Source: Octopus sinensis | Taxonomy: Eukaryota | DNA: 64,000 nt | Reading direction: 5' to 3' | NCBI RefSeq assembly: GCF_006345805.1 | Contig: NW_021833116.1 | Location: 62,001-126,000 of the forward strand | Shown here: one piece after another, positions 11,498 through 22,289 of the stretch | How the letters are laid out: each line of letters starts with the position of its first letter | How positions within the stretch are numbered: the first letter of the stretch is position 1 | Translations under genes and position numbers: made by a program | The notes under the pieces: generated by a model | Databases searched by the model: none | What the model was told of the DNA's origin: nothing | The model's input: only the letters and a program-made list of their open reading frames with translations

Positions 11498-11902
11498 ATG
11501 GATGTTGTTAGACCTTGTGTGATATTTTCTAGTCATATTCCCCCTTATAAATACACCTCATTTATTAAACTAGAAAACAACAATTTCTCAATCGGATTAA
11601 CAAATATAAAAAACCTATGGCTTTCTAACCCCATTCCAATAAATAAACAAATCAGGAAAACCCTCTGTCCCCTATGCCTCCTATCCAACACACAAACATC
11701 CTTCAAAGTCACCCTCTCAGGACACCCACAACAATTCGAATTGTGGATTGTCAAGGATATAGAGATCAAAGAGTCCCTCCTCTCTGTCCTCCTCTTCGAA
11801 ATGGCCTCCAAAAATATCTGCCCAGGAGTGCAGGGATCGGAGAAGTATAGGACCCCAAACAAGGCAGAGACCTTAAAGGAGAGTCCTCTAAAAGGGGAAT
11901 GA
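11498..11902 (+). CDS. Hypothetical protein (strand and exon structure uncertain)
   Basis: 134-aa ATG ORF in a GC-richer island with the same C-to-G polarity as neighbouring genes. An overlapping minus-strand ORF (11545-11862) is equally possible. No recognised motif. Confidence 0.35.
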   Translation: MDVVRPCVIFSSHIPPYKYTSFIKLENNNFSIGLTNIKNLWLSNPIPINKQIRKTLCPLCLLSNTQTSFKVTLSGHPQQFELWIVKDIEIKESLLSVLLFEMASKNICPGVQGSEKYRTPNKAETLKESPLKGE

Positions 11903-12023
11903 GTGTGCTCAATCCTGGTAGTAAAATGAGGGCTCGTGTTGAAATAAATTTACATTTGAAGATGATTTATAATTATTTTTATTAAATATTTAATTAATAA
12001 ATATTTTTGTTTAATTATTATTA

Positions 12024-12526
12024 ATGGTTGATGTGGGATATTTAATTTAGATTAAATTTTTTCTAATTCAAAATCGTGCGGGAAAAACACGTCTTGGGAG
12101 GTGGTTCAATTTTTACGACGAAGAAGAGAAGCAAAACTGATCGAAGAGGCCCACATTGTGTCTCAGTCCGGCCAAGCAACCACATAAACTTCATCCCCGT
12201 ACCCCCCTCCTGTCATTCCTCAGTTCAGAGGGGACAAATTGATATACAGACGATATGCAGGACTATATATCATCCTCTGTGTGGACTTGGAGGAGAACAA
12301 TCTGCTTTATATTGAGGCAATTCATAACTTTGTGGAGGTTTTGAACACATATTTCAAGAATGTGTGCGAATTGGACATTGTTTTCAACTTTTTTAAGGTT
12401 TTTTTGGGGGGGTTAGGTTGGCAGGTTTATTTTATTTTGGATGAGATGTTCCTTGGGGGGGTTATTAGAGAAACCAGTCAGGCACAAGTGCTTAAGAAGA
12501 TGATTGCATTTAATGCAGTTGATTAA
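12024..12526 (+). CDS. AP2S1: AP-2 complex subunit sigma
   Basis: M|IKFFLIQNRAGKTRL...IYRRYAGLY...EAIHNFVEVLNTYFKNVCELDIVFNF...DEMFLGG.IRETSQ. Three micro-introns, the first directly after the ATG. Several 1-nt indels. Confidence 0.95.
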
Positions 12527-12608
12527 TTTAATTTTAATTAATTATAATTAAGGATTATTATTTAATTACTAATAAATATTAATTAATAATATACACGTAA
12601 ACGTGTTG

Positions 12609-13235
12609 ATGTGGTTGTTTGTTTTGGCGCTTGTTTTTGACTCAAATTCAATTAAAATGCAATTCCAGGATGGGCGGGAAAAATGTTTCATAGAAGACCT
12701 ACCAGAAAAAATGTTGGCAGCCGGAATATATTCCGTGGAATCACCGGAACCCGTCTCGTTCGAAGTAACCGTGTCAGATCCCCGAGAGGAAGTCGTCCTC
12801 GACAGAGAATACGGCAACAAGGGGAAATTCACATTTAAAACACATTTGGCGGGAGAATACGTGATATGTTTGAGACTGAATGTCTCCAAGGTTTTTTAGT
12901 GTGGTTAACCTCCAGGAAGTGGACCTAAAATTCCACCACGGTGAAAACGCCATGAACTACGGAGAATTAAAAGAATTTGAGAAATACACAAAATTGGAGT
13001 TGAGGGCTCGGCGAGTGGTGGACAGTCTCCTGGAGATCATTCAAGAGCAGGACGAATTGAAGGTAAGGGGGGGGTCTTATGGTAGTATCGGGAAGGGCGG
13101 TACGTGATGGCCACTAAGAGGATTCATTCCCTTATTCTTATGCTCATGTTCTTCTTTGCTGTGGTTGTGGTCATTTCCTTCTTCTTTATGACCTGGCATC
13201 TTAAGGGTTTCTTCTTGGCCAAAAAACTTATTTGA
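12609..13235 (+). CDS. p24/TMED (alpha-subfamily-like, GOLD domain) cargo receptor, 2 micro-introns
   Basis: Signal peptide, EKCFIEDLP GOLD start, coiled coil, TM helix, C-terminal HLKGFFLAKKLI (FF + KKxx), stop at 13233-13235. Confidence 0.9.
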
Positions 13236-13306
13236 TTATTTATTAATGAGGATTTTTGTTTTTATTTATTAGTAAATTATAATAAATTATTTGAAATAAA
13301 AGTTGC

Positions 13307-15678
13307 ATGAATGATGATGTGGGTGTATTGGAGTCCACGTTAAGGGCAGAGATCCCCGACTTGGATGACACTACTCTCGAATATATATCGAGTACTCTTA
13401 TAACTGACATCCCCAAGGTCTCCTCATTGATTCTCGTCAGGAGATAACCGACTCTCAGTCACTATCCGAGACAATTCTTCCTTTTATTCAAGATTACTTA
13501 AAACAAGACAAAATACAAAATTTATCACAAATACTCTTCCAATCTCTATCAAAGTTTTCCCGCCATAATTCCCGCCAGTTTTGGGCAAATAAAGGAGACA
13601 GAAATACAACTACTGGCCACACCAGAATGCATTAAGGACGCCATGGAGGAGGATAGAATTGAGCGGGAAACCAAATTCCAGGACAGAATGCTCGTTTATA
13701 CCCAACCTGTCACCCTAGGCATTCGACAACCGAAAGTTGAATTCTATCAATAAAAAAAACGAAAAAAAAGTAAACGAGAGAGACTTTGAGGAACTGTCCA
13801 AACAACTTCGGGCAGATCGGACTGCGGAAGAGACACCGACGGTGGTCCAACAAGACCATTTGGAAAATGGCGGGAAAGATATATTGATTACTAACTTTGA
13901 TCTCTACTATGGAAGCAAGTTTGTGATGTTTATGTTAGTTTAGTACACTTTTGCTGGGCAGTTCGCTTATTCTTTGTCAGGGAAGGAGATATGGACTGGT
14001 TGGGAGGAATGGTGTGGGGAAGACTACTCTAATGAAGGCCATTGCAATGTATTAATTAAACGTGGTCACACAAGAACATATTTTAAATACAATTTATTTA
14101 TATTTAAATTAATATAAATAATTAAATATATTTATAGACGAGATTTACAATTTTCTGGTGATGTGTCAATGCTGCATGTCGAGCAGGAAGTCTCAGGGGA
14201 CAACAGCAGAGTGATCGACTGTGTGCTCTCTGCTGACACGGAGAGGTCAAATCTGTTAGAACAGCAAGTCAAACTGGAAAACACCTCCTCCTACCTTGAA
14301 ATGAGTAGAGTGGCTGCAGAATTGGAGGCCATTGGAGCACATACAGCCCCAGCCCGGCTGCCTCAATTCTCTCTGGCCTGGGTTTCAGTCACGTGGATCA
14401 AAAAAGACCCACAAGGGAGTTTTCTGGTGGTTGGAGGATGAGAATTGCCTTGGCGAGAGCTCTGTTTGTCAAGTAAATGCTTGTGGGATATTCTCAGGCC
14501 AGGACTGTTATTGCTGGACGAGCCCACGAATATGCTGGACTTGAGGGCTGTGGTTTGGCTGGAGGAGTACTTGAAGACATGGACTTGCACTCTTTTGGTC
14601 ATTTCCCACGACAGAACGTTCCTGAACAACGTGGCCACTGACATTTATTTGATGAAGGACTTGAAGCTGGTTCACTACAAGGGGGATTATGAAACATTCA
14701 CGAAAACGCGGGAAAGAGATTTGGTTAACCAGCAAAAAGAATTTGAGTCACAACAAGCACTTCGGAAAACCACTCAAGTTTAAAAATGGCGCCAAAAGTA
14801 TTAGGAATTTATCGATCGATTTCGTTATAATGCCAAAAGAGCATCATTAGTGCAAAGCAAGATAAAAATGTTGCAAAAAATGTCATTTGTGTCCCCAGTC
14901 GAGAAGGAGTCTCCGGTGGTATTCAAGTTCCCAGTGGTCCCCCCCTCCGAGCTGACGGTGGTGGAATTCAACAACGTGTGTTTCTCCTACCCCAACAAAC
15001 CCATATTCGAGCACCTCTCAGTGTCAATATCCATGACTAGTCGAATCTGCATAGTAAGGAGAGTAGTGAGAGATGTAGGTGGGGGATAATGGATCGGGCA
15101 AGTCCACTCTCCTCAACTAATAATTGGACAACTCAAACCCAGTTCGGGGACCCTGGTGGTGAATCACGGTCTCCGAATTGGGTATTTCAGTCAACATCAC
15201 GTGGATCAGTTGGATTATTCTTTGACTCCTGTCGAATTGATGCACTCCTGTTGTCCTGGTGAGACTGATTGGGCATTGTAGGCCAATCTGTGGAGACTTA
15301 TCGGTCAAAGTTGGGGTGTTTTGGGATATCTGGCAAGATGGGGGTCAAGTCGATTAAAACGTTGAGTGGAGGACAGAAGAGCAGAGTGGCCTTTGCTGCT
15401 TTGTGTTTGAAGAAGTTTGTTTTATAATAATTTGTAGTCCAAATTTTATCGTTTTGGACGAGCCGACAAACCATTTGGACGTGGAGTCAGTGGACGCGTT
15501 GGCAAAGGCAATATTGGCCTATAAGGGGGGGATTGTCCTCGTCTCCCACGAGGGACATTTGCTTAATTCTGTGTGCACTGATTTGTGGCATGTGCATGGA
15601 GGCCAAGTCAGTATTATTTCTGAGGGGTTTGACGCCTATCGGAGTGTCTTGGTTAATGAACTAAATACTCCACACTGA
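13307..15678 (+). CDS. ABCF3: ABC-F family ATPase (ABCF3/GCN20-like), multi-exon
   Basis: [95 protein letters not shown]. Two ABC domains and no transmembrane domain. Confidence 0.92.
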
Positions 15679-16063
15679 TTAATTTATTTTGTCTGAAAGT
15701 AGAGGGGAGAATGAAAGGGATTTATTTGTGGAGTAGTAGGCAATTCATTAGGTGGGAGACACTGAGGACTTGTTTTAAATTCTGAGGCAATACATTGAGT
15801 AGAAATAGTGATCAAATCAAACAGCTTTCTGAATTAGACAATCGAGAAGTAAGCAGAACAGACATGTATAGATAATGCCTGTTTCCAGTATAAATTTTCG
15901 AATGATTTCATAGAAACGGCATTATTTTCATACAAGCTTCTTAGTTTTGTCAAAAGTTATGTATGTTTTGGTAGTAACAGATATTTTATAGCAAGAAAGG
16001 GTATTTTTAGTGCATTTTGGTATTCATAAGATTATTTTTTCCTTCAGTTTACCATTTTCTCCT

Positions 16064-16264
16064 TCAAGGGTCAAAGAATCCGAATAAGGGTAGAATCCAT
16101 TTTTCTACCAGCACTGTCTTTTTAATCCGTTGGATATTGAAGAATTTTTTGCATATAAATATGCTGAAAATGATACAATAGAAGAAATGGAAAATTGCGG
16201 AAACATTGAAGATGAAAATGATCAAAATATAAAAGATAAGAATGACTAAAATTTTGCTGCTCAT
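16064..16264 (-). CDS. Possible membrane-protein fragment (hydrophobic ORF)
   Basis: ATG ORF with a long hydrophobic stretch; AT-rich sequence can produce this by chance. Confidence 0.2.
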   Translation of the reverse strand: MSSKILVILIFYILIIFIFNVSAIFHFFYCIIFSIFICKKFFNIQRIKKTVLVEKWILPLFGFFDP

Positions 16265-16379
16265 TTGTTTTTGTTATGTCTAATTCTCCATTATCCGTTT
16301 ATATAAGAATAAGGTTAATATCATAAACACAATAAATAAAATTTAAAATTTGCACGATCCTTTGCAACAATTGGGGTGT

Positions 16380-16640
16380 CATCATTAAGCAATATTCGAC
16401 ATACATTGCCATTTGTTGCCGCACAGTCGAGAGGTGTCCATAAAAATTAGTTTCTGTGTTCATGCAAATATGCAACCTGGCTTCGATGACTGCGTTATTC
16501 TCAATGAGAAATTTTACCTCTTCCTTGTGTCCGTTAAAGGCAGGCAAGTCGAGGAGCGTAGTGGAGTTTTCACCTTAGCTGTCGATCAACCATGTTTGCA
16601 AGGATTTTGACAACACTGCTGTTTCCGTTTAATAAAATAC
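16380..16640 (-). pseudogene. Degenerate ankyrin-repeat fragment
   Basis: GNSSVVKILA..., AFNGHKEEVKFLIENNAVIEAR and FYGHLSTVRQ resemble consecutive ankyrin repeats; interrupted by stops. Confidence 0.5.
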
Positions 16641-16994
16641 TTTAAAAATCCATTTTGACCTCTAAAATGCATTCACTGTCATTTTTGAGAGTACAGTTGG
16701 TTTATGAGAATTTGTAGATAACTAAACACGACTTTTGACACCTCGACAATCTTGATCGCACTTTGTATCCTTATTTCAGCTATCTGGAGCATCACTGAGA
16801 TATGCGCTTTAATATTTACACTCTTTATAAGCTACTAGGTAGAATTGTTTTTAATTAAAATAATGTTTGTTTTTATTAATAAATTTCTTAATTTTTGGTT
16901 ATCCAATTATTAATAAAAAACCTAATAAATTTTGCCACGTGTAAACACACGGTTGGCATGCCTTGTTTTGTTACATTATTTGGTAGATCATAAT

Positions 16995-17110
16995 TTTTTT
17001 ATTTAATTGGATTCAGAAGGGATATTTCGCGATGTAGTTTCTTTTAATGGTTAAATTATCTGAAATTTCATCATTTTGTAATATTTGTAAGTTTATTCCT
17101 TCAATCTGTA
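16995..17110 (+). repeat. Dispersed repeat of unknown class, copy A
   Basis: AATTGGATTCAGAAGGGATATTTCGCGATG...TTATCTGAAATTTCATCATTTT is the reverse complement of the core of 34886-35135 and 55566-55805. Confidence 0.7.
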
Positions 17111-17121
17111 TATTCTACTTA

Positions 17122-18624
17122 CAGTACCGCTCAAATGTTTCGGACCACCCTATTTTTTCTCATTTCCAAGTCAATCCTAAATTATTTTTATACGTTCTTT
17201 AGAGAAACTTATTAGATAAGCTTAAACACATTTATTCTATTTTAAAAACTTGGACAGATATTCATGTTTGGCGCAATTTTAAAATTATCGATTTTATACT
17301 CGATCATATGTTCCGGACCAGTTTAAAAAAAACCGAAAATTTATTAACTTATAAAAAGTTAATAATTAATATTTTCTCCGTTGTTCGTTATAACAGCATT
17401 TATTCGCTCTGGAAGTGAATTGTATAATTTTTCAATGTACGAATTATCAATCTCGTACCAAATTTTTTTGGTCAAATTCCAGAGCTCTGGAAGATCTTTT
17501 GGTTCCAGATCATAAAGTTTTTGTTTTTGGTTCCAGATCATAAAGTTTTTGTGACTGGCTCGGCCAAGTTTCTAAGATTTTAATTTGTTTCCTTTGAAAA
17601 AAATTCATTGTCGACATGGACCGATGGGAAGGAGCGCCGTCTTGCTGGAGATACATGGTCTCATCATAAAAATTTTCGAGTCCAACATTTATAATTCTCT
17701 GATACTCTCCGGAATCAACATTTTTAATGCATAAGACAATGTTTCTCCATCCATTTGCAGCAATAGCTCCCCAGACCATAATGCTAGGAGAAAATTTTCG
17801 TGTTTTTAAACAATATTTTGAGTCAAATCTAGAGTTTGGTAGCCTTCTAACATAATTTTTTGTGTTTGAATGCAAATTTATTTTGCATTCATCACTAAAA
17901 ATAATTTTACCCCAATCATTTTGGCTCCAAGTTAATTTCTCAATGCACCAATTTTTTCTAGCCTTTTTATGGCATATGGAAAGACTTGGTTTTGGGCATT
18001 GCTTTCGCCCATTCAAATTATTTCTTTGTAGGCATCTTTTAATTGTATTTGTGCTTACAATAGAATTTAATTTCATATCAAATTTAATTTGATTTGCCGT
18101 TTTTGTGGGGTCTGCTTTCGAAATTCTCACTAATTTGCGTTCAGATCTTGGGGATAACAATCTCGGTCGACCAGATTTGGGTCTGTCGGAATATAGTCCA
18201 ACGGATGAATATCTGGAAATTGTTCTTTGAACAGCAGTTTTGGATATTTTTAATTTTTCGGCAATTTCTCTTTGTGAAGCTCCATCTTTAAAAAAGTGAT
18301 GATAGCGACCCGATCAACCAGTGAAACACGCGGCATTTGTTATTTATTAGTCTTTTGTTTTTAATTGAATCAAAATTATTTAAATTTAAAGAGATTTAAC
18401 TGGTTCGAAACATATGATTGCAACTGGTCCGGAACATATGATCGAGTCAAAAATCAATTATATTCAATTGGCGCCAAACAAAAATATTTAAAGAAAATTT
18501 TAGAATAGAATAAATGTATTTAAGCTTATCTAATAAGTTTCTCTAAAGAACCGTATAAAAATAATTTAGGATTGACTTGGAAATTGAGAAAAATAGGGTG
18601 GTCCGAAACATTTGAGCGGTACTG
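17122..18624 (-). mobile_element. Tc1-family DNA transposon, full length but catalytically dead
   Basis: About 200-bp TIRs starting CAGTACCGCTCAAATGTTTCGGACCACC; TA TSDs at 17120-21 and 18625-26. Transposase about 18336-17359 with HTH, IFSDE and QQDGAP; the SPDLNPIE motif is lost. Confidence 0.95.
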
Positions 18625-18784
18625 TATTTTGAAATTTTGAAAATTGAATTTCATCCTATTTTTAATGAAAATTGTTATTCTTTATGACACACTTTTATTT
18701 ATGACGGAGAGATTGAACTATTTTTCTTTAAAATCTTCAATTTCTTTTAAATCTTTTAAGCTTTTATAAACTTTAATCTTTTAA

Positions 18785-18890
18785 CCTTTTGATTGTTTAT
18801 TGCCATATTTTATTTTTTATTTTCAAACCATAATATTTCTTTTTGATTAATTTATTGTGGTCAACTCCTTTTGATTGTTTATTGCCATAT
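18785..18890. repeat. 82-bp tandem array, left remnant (about 1.3 units)
   Basis: Same unit as 20387-21456. Confidence 0.85.
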
Positions 18891-19465
18891 TTTTTTTTTC
18901 AAAGAACTAATTATTATTAACAAATAGTAAAGAAAATGGAACAGGAAGTCAGCTACTAGCCGCAGAGAGAATAGAGAAACTGTTCCCCCTGAGTACGGCT
19001 ATTGAGACGCGCTCGAAAAGCCGTTTGACCTCGCGGGGGTCGTTTCTAATCCTCCCGAGGTGGCTGCCTCTCTCGGTGAGAAAACGTAGCGTGGCTGGGT
19101 CGAATGTGCCTGCTGTTTCGACTGAAACAGGCACAAAGAGGAATCTGTCGGCGAGCGAGGCGTACTTGTCTTTCTTCCGGGTCTCTGCCCTCCTCGCCGC
19201 TGTGCCAGCTTCGATCGCGGACGCGAGAAGGCATGTTGACGCAAAAGTGTCAGAGCATGTCGCGTCCCAGACGATCGCTTTGCCGCACTTGAACGGGAAG
19301 AGCGAGACGCCGTCCGGCCTCTTGCCATCGCCCCTGTTAAGGCCAGAGGGCTCCAGTTGGCACGGGATGCCGGTTGTCTCGAGCAGACGCTTTATTATGG
19401 AATTAAGCTGTGCGTGCCTGGGGAACCTCCCAGGGCATTTGCGGCAGGAGAGCGGGTGTAGACCA
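18891..19465 (-). mobile_element. CRE-like retrotransposon 3' end (REL domain, 3' UTR, poly(A))
   Basis: [21 protein letters not shown]...[10 protein letters not shown]...PVSVETAG...RVSIAVLRGNSFSIL, stop at 18949, T-run 18890-18899. Confidence 0.92.
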
Positions 19466-20386
19466 GCGCTGATAAGAATGCCTCCTGAGAGTCTCCCTGG
19501 CAGGCATATTCCATGATCTGATTACACATTGAATCGTAGATATGGATTCCTTGAATCTGGTTTTAACAGGAAACTTTGGATCAACGTTGCCAATTCGTCC
19601 GACTACCAACTCTGAGGCTCTCAGATGAGGACTGGAGCAGAGCGTCGTTCGCTCGCGCTAAAGTGTTACAGAATAAAACGTTTTCGGAAAGACGGCTTGT
19701 GTCGCGGTAACGTTCTAAATAGCGATCATTCCTCTGAATAGAGTGAAGATCAGACATTAGATACGCCTTCACTAAAATTGATCGGAAGTTAGGGAGTAAA
19801 TTTGCCACTGAAGAGTGCCGGAAATACTCGTTGTACACAGGACCAGATCTCTCGATTTTCGGCAATTGCAAACGAAGGAGAAGGCTTTCTTTCGCAACTT
19901 TGACATCACCAATTGCGTTGTTCCATTCTAGATAATAATCCGGAAATGGAAGATTGCTGACGTTTAAGCTACGATAAGAATCTAAGACCTGTTGGATCTC
20001 TGGGTTAAACACGTGGTTCTGATGAGCCTGTAGGATCAGGAACATCACTAAGTGTGCAACGTAGAGTTGACAGTAGTTAAGGTGAGATCTGCAAAATGCT
20101 GGTGGGGTACAATGCTCATTATGACGGAATGAATTCTCGTAATAATTGGCCAAAGAAAAAGGTGTCGGGCACATAGTCGATCCATTCTTCGGTCATCATG
20201 GGATGACAAGTGCATATTCATTTGAAAGGCTGATGAACGGTGGGAGAGTGATCTCGGATCGTTTTCTCTGGCTTTTCACAATGGCGTCTTTGATCTCATT
20301 GGCTTCTTCGTGCAACGGTCGTTCTGTAATATTCTTGTTGATATCAGACATCCCTCAGTACTATCTCAACCAAAAGGATGGATTTC
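19466..20386 (-). other. Putative endogenous viral element: partitivirus-like capsid protein gene (5' two-thirds)
   Basis: Intronless ORF from ATG 20351 with about 3 single-base shifts: ...EWIDYVPD-31aa-CQLYVAHLVMFLILQAHQN...LDSYRSLNVSNLPFPDYYLEWNNAIGDV...NLLPNF. Motifs and spacing match my recollection of alphapartitivirus coat proteins (F/YVPD...SQLYxxxLxxxxIL...IPGPL..FF..LG.V). Not database-verified. Confidence 0.65.
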
Positions 20387-21456
20387 TCAACTTCCTTTTG
20401 ATTGTTTATTGCCATATTTTATTTGTTATTTTCAACCATAATATTCCTTTTTGATTAATTTATTGTTGTCAACTCCTTTTGATTGTTTATTGCCATATTT
20501 TTATGTTATTTTCAAACCATAATCTTCCTTTTGATTATTTTGTTGTCAACTCCTTTGATTGTTTATTGCCATATTTTATTTGTTATTTTCAAACCATAAT
20601 ATTCCTTTTTGATTAATTTATTGTTGTCAACTCCTTTTGATTGTTTATTGCCATATTTTATTTGTTATTTTCAAACCATAATATTCCTTTTTGATTAATT
20701 TAATTGTTGTCAACTCCTTTTGATTGTTTATTGCCATATTTTATTTGTTATTTTCAAACCATAATATTCCTTTTTGATTAATTTATTGTTGTCAACTCCT
20801 TTTGATTGTTTATTGCCATATTTTATTTGTTATTTTCAAACCATAATATTCCTTTTTGATTAATTTATTGTTGTCAACTCCTTTTGATTGTTTATTGCCA
20901 TATTTTATTCGTTATTTTCAAACCATAATATTCCTTTTTGATTAATTTATTGTTGTCAACTCCTTTTGATTGTTTATTGCCATATTTTATTTGTTATTTT
21001 CAAACCATAATATCCTTTTTGATTAATTTATTGTTGTCAACTCCTTTTGATTGTTTATTGCCATATTTTATTTGTTATTTTCAAACCATAATATTCCTTT
21101 TTGATTAATTATTGTTGTCAACTCCTTTTGATTGTTTATTGCCATTTTATTGTTATTCAAACCATAATTTCCTTTTTGATTAATTATTGTTGTCAACTCC
21201 TTTTGATTGTTTATTGCCATATTTTATTTGTTATTTTCAAACCATAATATTCCTTTTTGATTAATTTATTGTTGTCAACTCCTTTTGATTGTTTATTGCC
21301 ATATTTTATTTGTTATTTTCAAACCATAATATTCCTTTTTGATTAATTTATTGTTGTCAACTCCTTTTGATTGTTTATTGCCATATTTTATTTGTTATTT
21401 TCAAACCATAATATTCCTTTTTGATTAATTTATTGTTGTCAACTCCTTTTGATTGT
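20387..21456. repeat. 82-bp tandem array, about 13 units
   Basis: Unit TTGTCAACTCCTTTTGATTGTTTATTGCCATATTTTATTTGTTATTTTCAAACCATAATATTCCTTTTTGATTAATTTATTG (e.g. starts at 20871 and 20953). No spacers. Confidence 0.97.
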
Positions 21457-22209
21457 TTCCACTTGTTTCAAAAAACCCTTTTACTGCGAAATATATTGAC
21501 ATTCCAGTTGTACAGGTTTCCAATAATTCGACAAACAATAAATCATCATTTAATACACATTCATTATCGAAATACCTAAATTTTATTAAAACTTCGAAAA
21601 TAACCTCACAAATCCCATTAAAACAGCTTTACTATCTACAATTACGCTTTCATCAATTTGTAATGATAACTTACTTTGCTTTAGTCTTTCAATAAGGATT
21701 TCCTTTACATTGTCACCCATTTCATCAATTCTTCGACGAATCGAATAATGAGGTAGACTTTTAATAATTTTAGAAGCATCTTGATGCATTACATCCGATA
21801 TTATTACTTCCAGTGATGGAATTATTGCATTTTCTGCGATAGTATGAGAACTGGAAGTTTTCGCAATAATTTCAGCAATTTTATAAGAAGCAATGTGCGC
21901 ACCCACAACTATATAAATAAATGTTAAATAACCATCATGTACTGGCTTTGTGAATAACGATTTGATCGTTTTCTTATTTTCAAAATTGTATTTTAAATTT
22001 TGAAAATATTCAATCGGCTTTGACATTTTATCCGGGTGCTTGCGTTTTAGATGATCCTGTAATCGTGATGGCTTCATCGCCTCATTTGAGAAAGAACATT
22101 GACAAATAAGACAATGAGGCTGTTTTGTATCTTCATTACTTTGAATAAACCCATATTTTAAATATTCGTTTTGATAATGACGACTTTTCTTATTTGAGCG
22201 AGAAGACAT
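21457..22209 (-). mobile_element. hAT (Buster/ZBED5-like) transposase, 5' portion, 2 micro-introns; element 5' end probably extends to about 23563
   Basis: RHYQNEYLKYGFI...PHCLICQCSFSNEAMKPSRLQDHLKRKH (BED finger), SLQIDES, FVR|YFDNE...LLFVELLET.TTG. Introns at 21909-21932 and 21576-21604. Subterminal GCTGGCGACCAT repeats at about 23380-23410. Confidence 0.85.
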
Positions 22210-22289
22210 CTTAGATACCAAACAAGAATGTAAAAACAGCGTGCTATTTTAAATATACAATTTAAGGATAAACACTATAGAAAAAATAT

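Noticed and set aside
2080-12240. Single-base frameshifts in essential genes (NFS1 near 2090, RPS27a near 9770, three in AP2S1) read as programmed frameshifting or insertional RNA editing
   Set aside because: Most are 1-nt losses in short homopolymers and occur equally in transposons, which is the signature of long-read consensus error. Only a DNA short-read versus cDNA comparison could revive the idea.
20387-21456. 82-bp array as a CRISPR array
   Set aside because: Units are contiguous with no unique spacers, there are no cas genes, and the context is eukaryotic.
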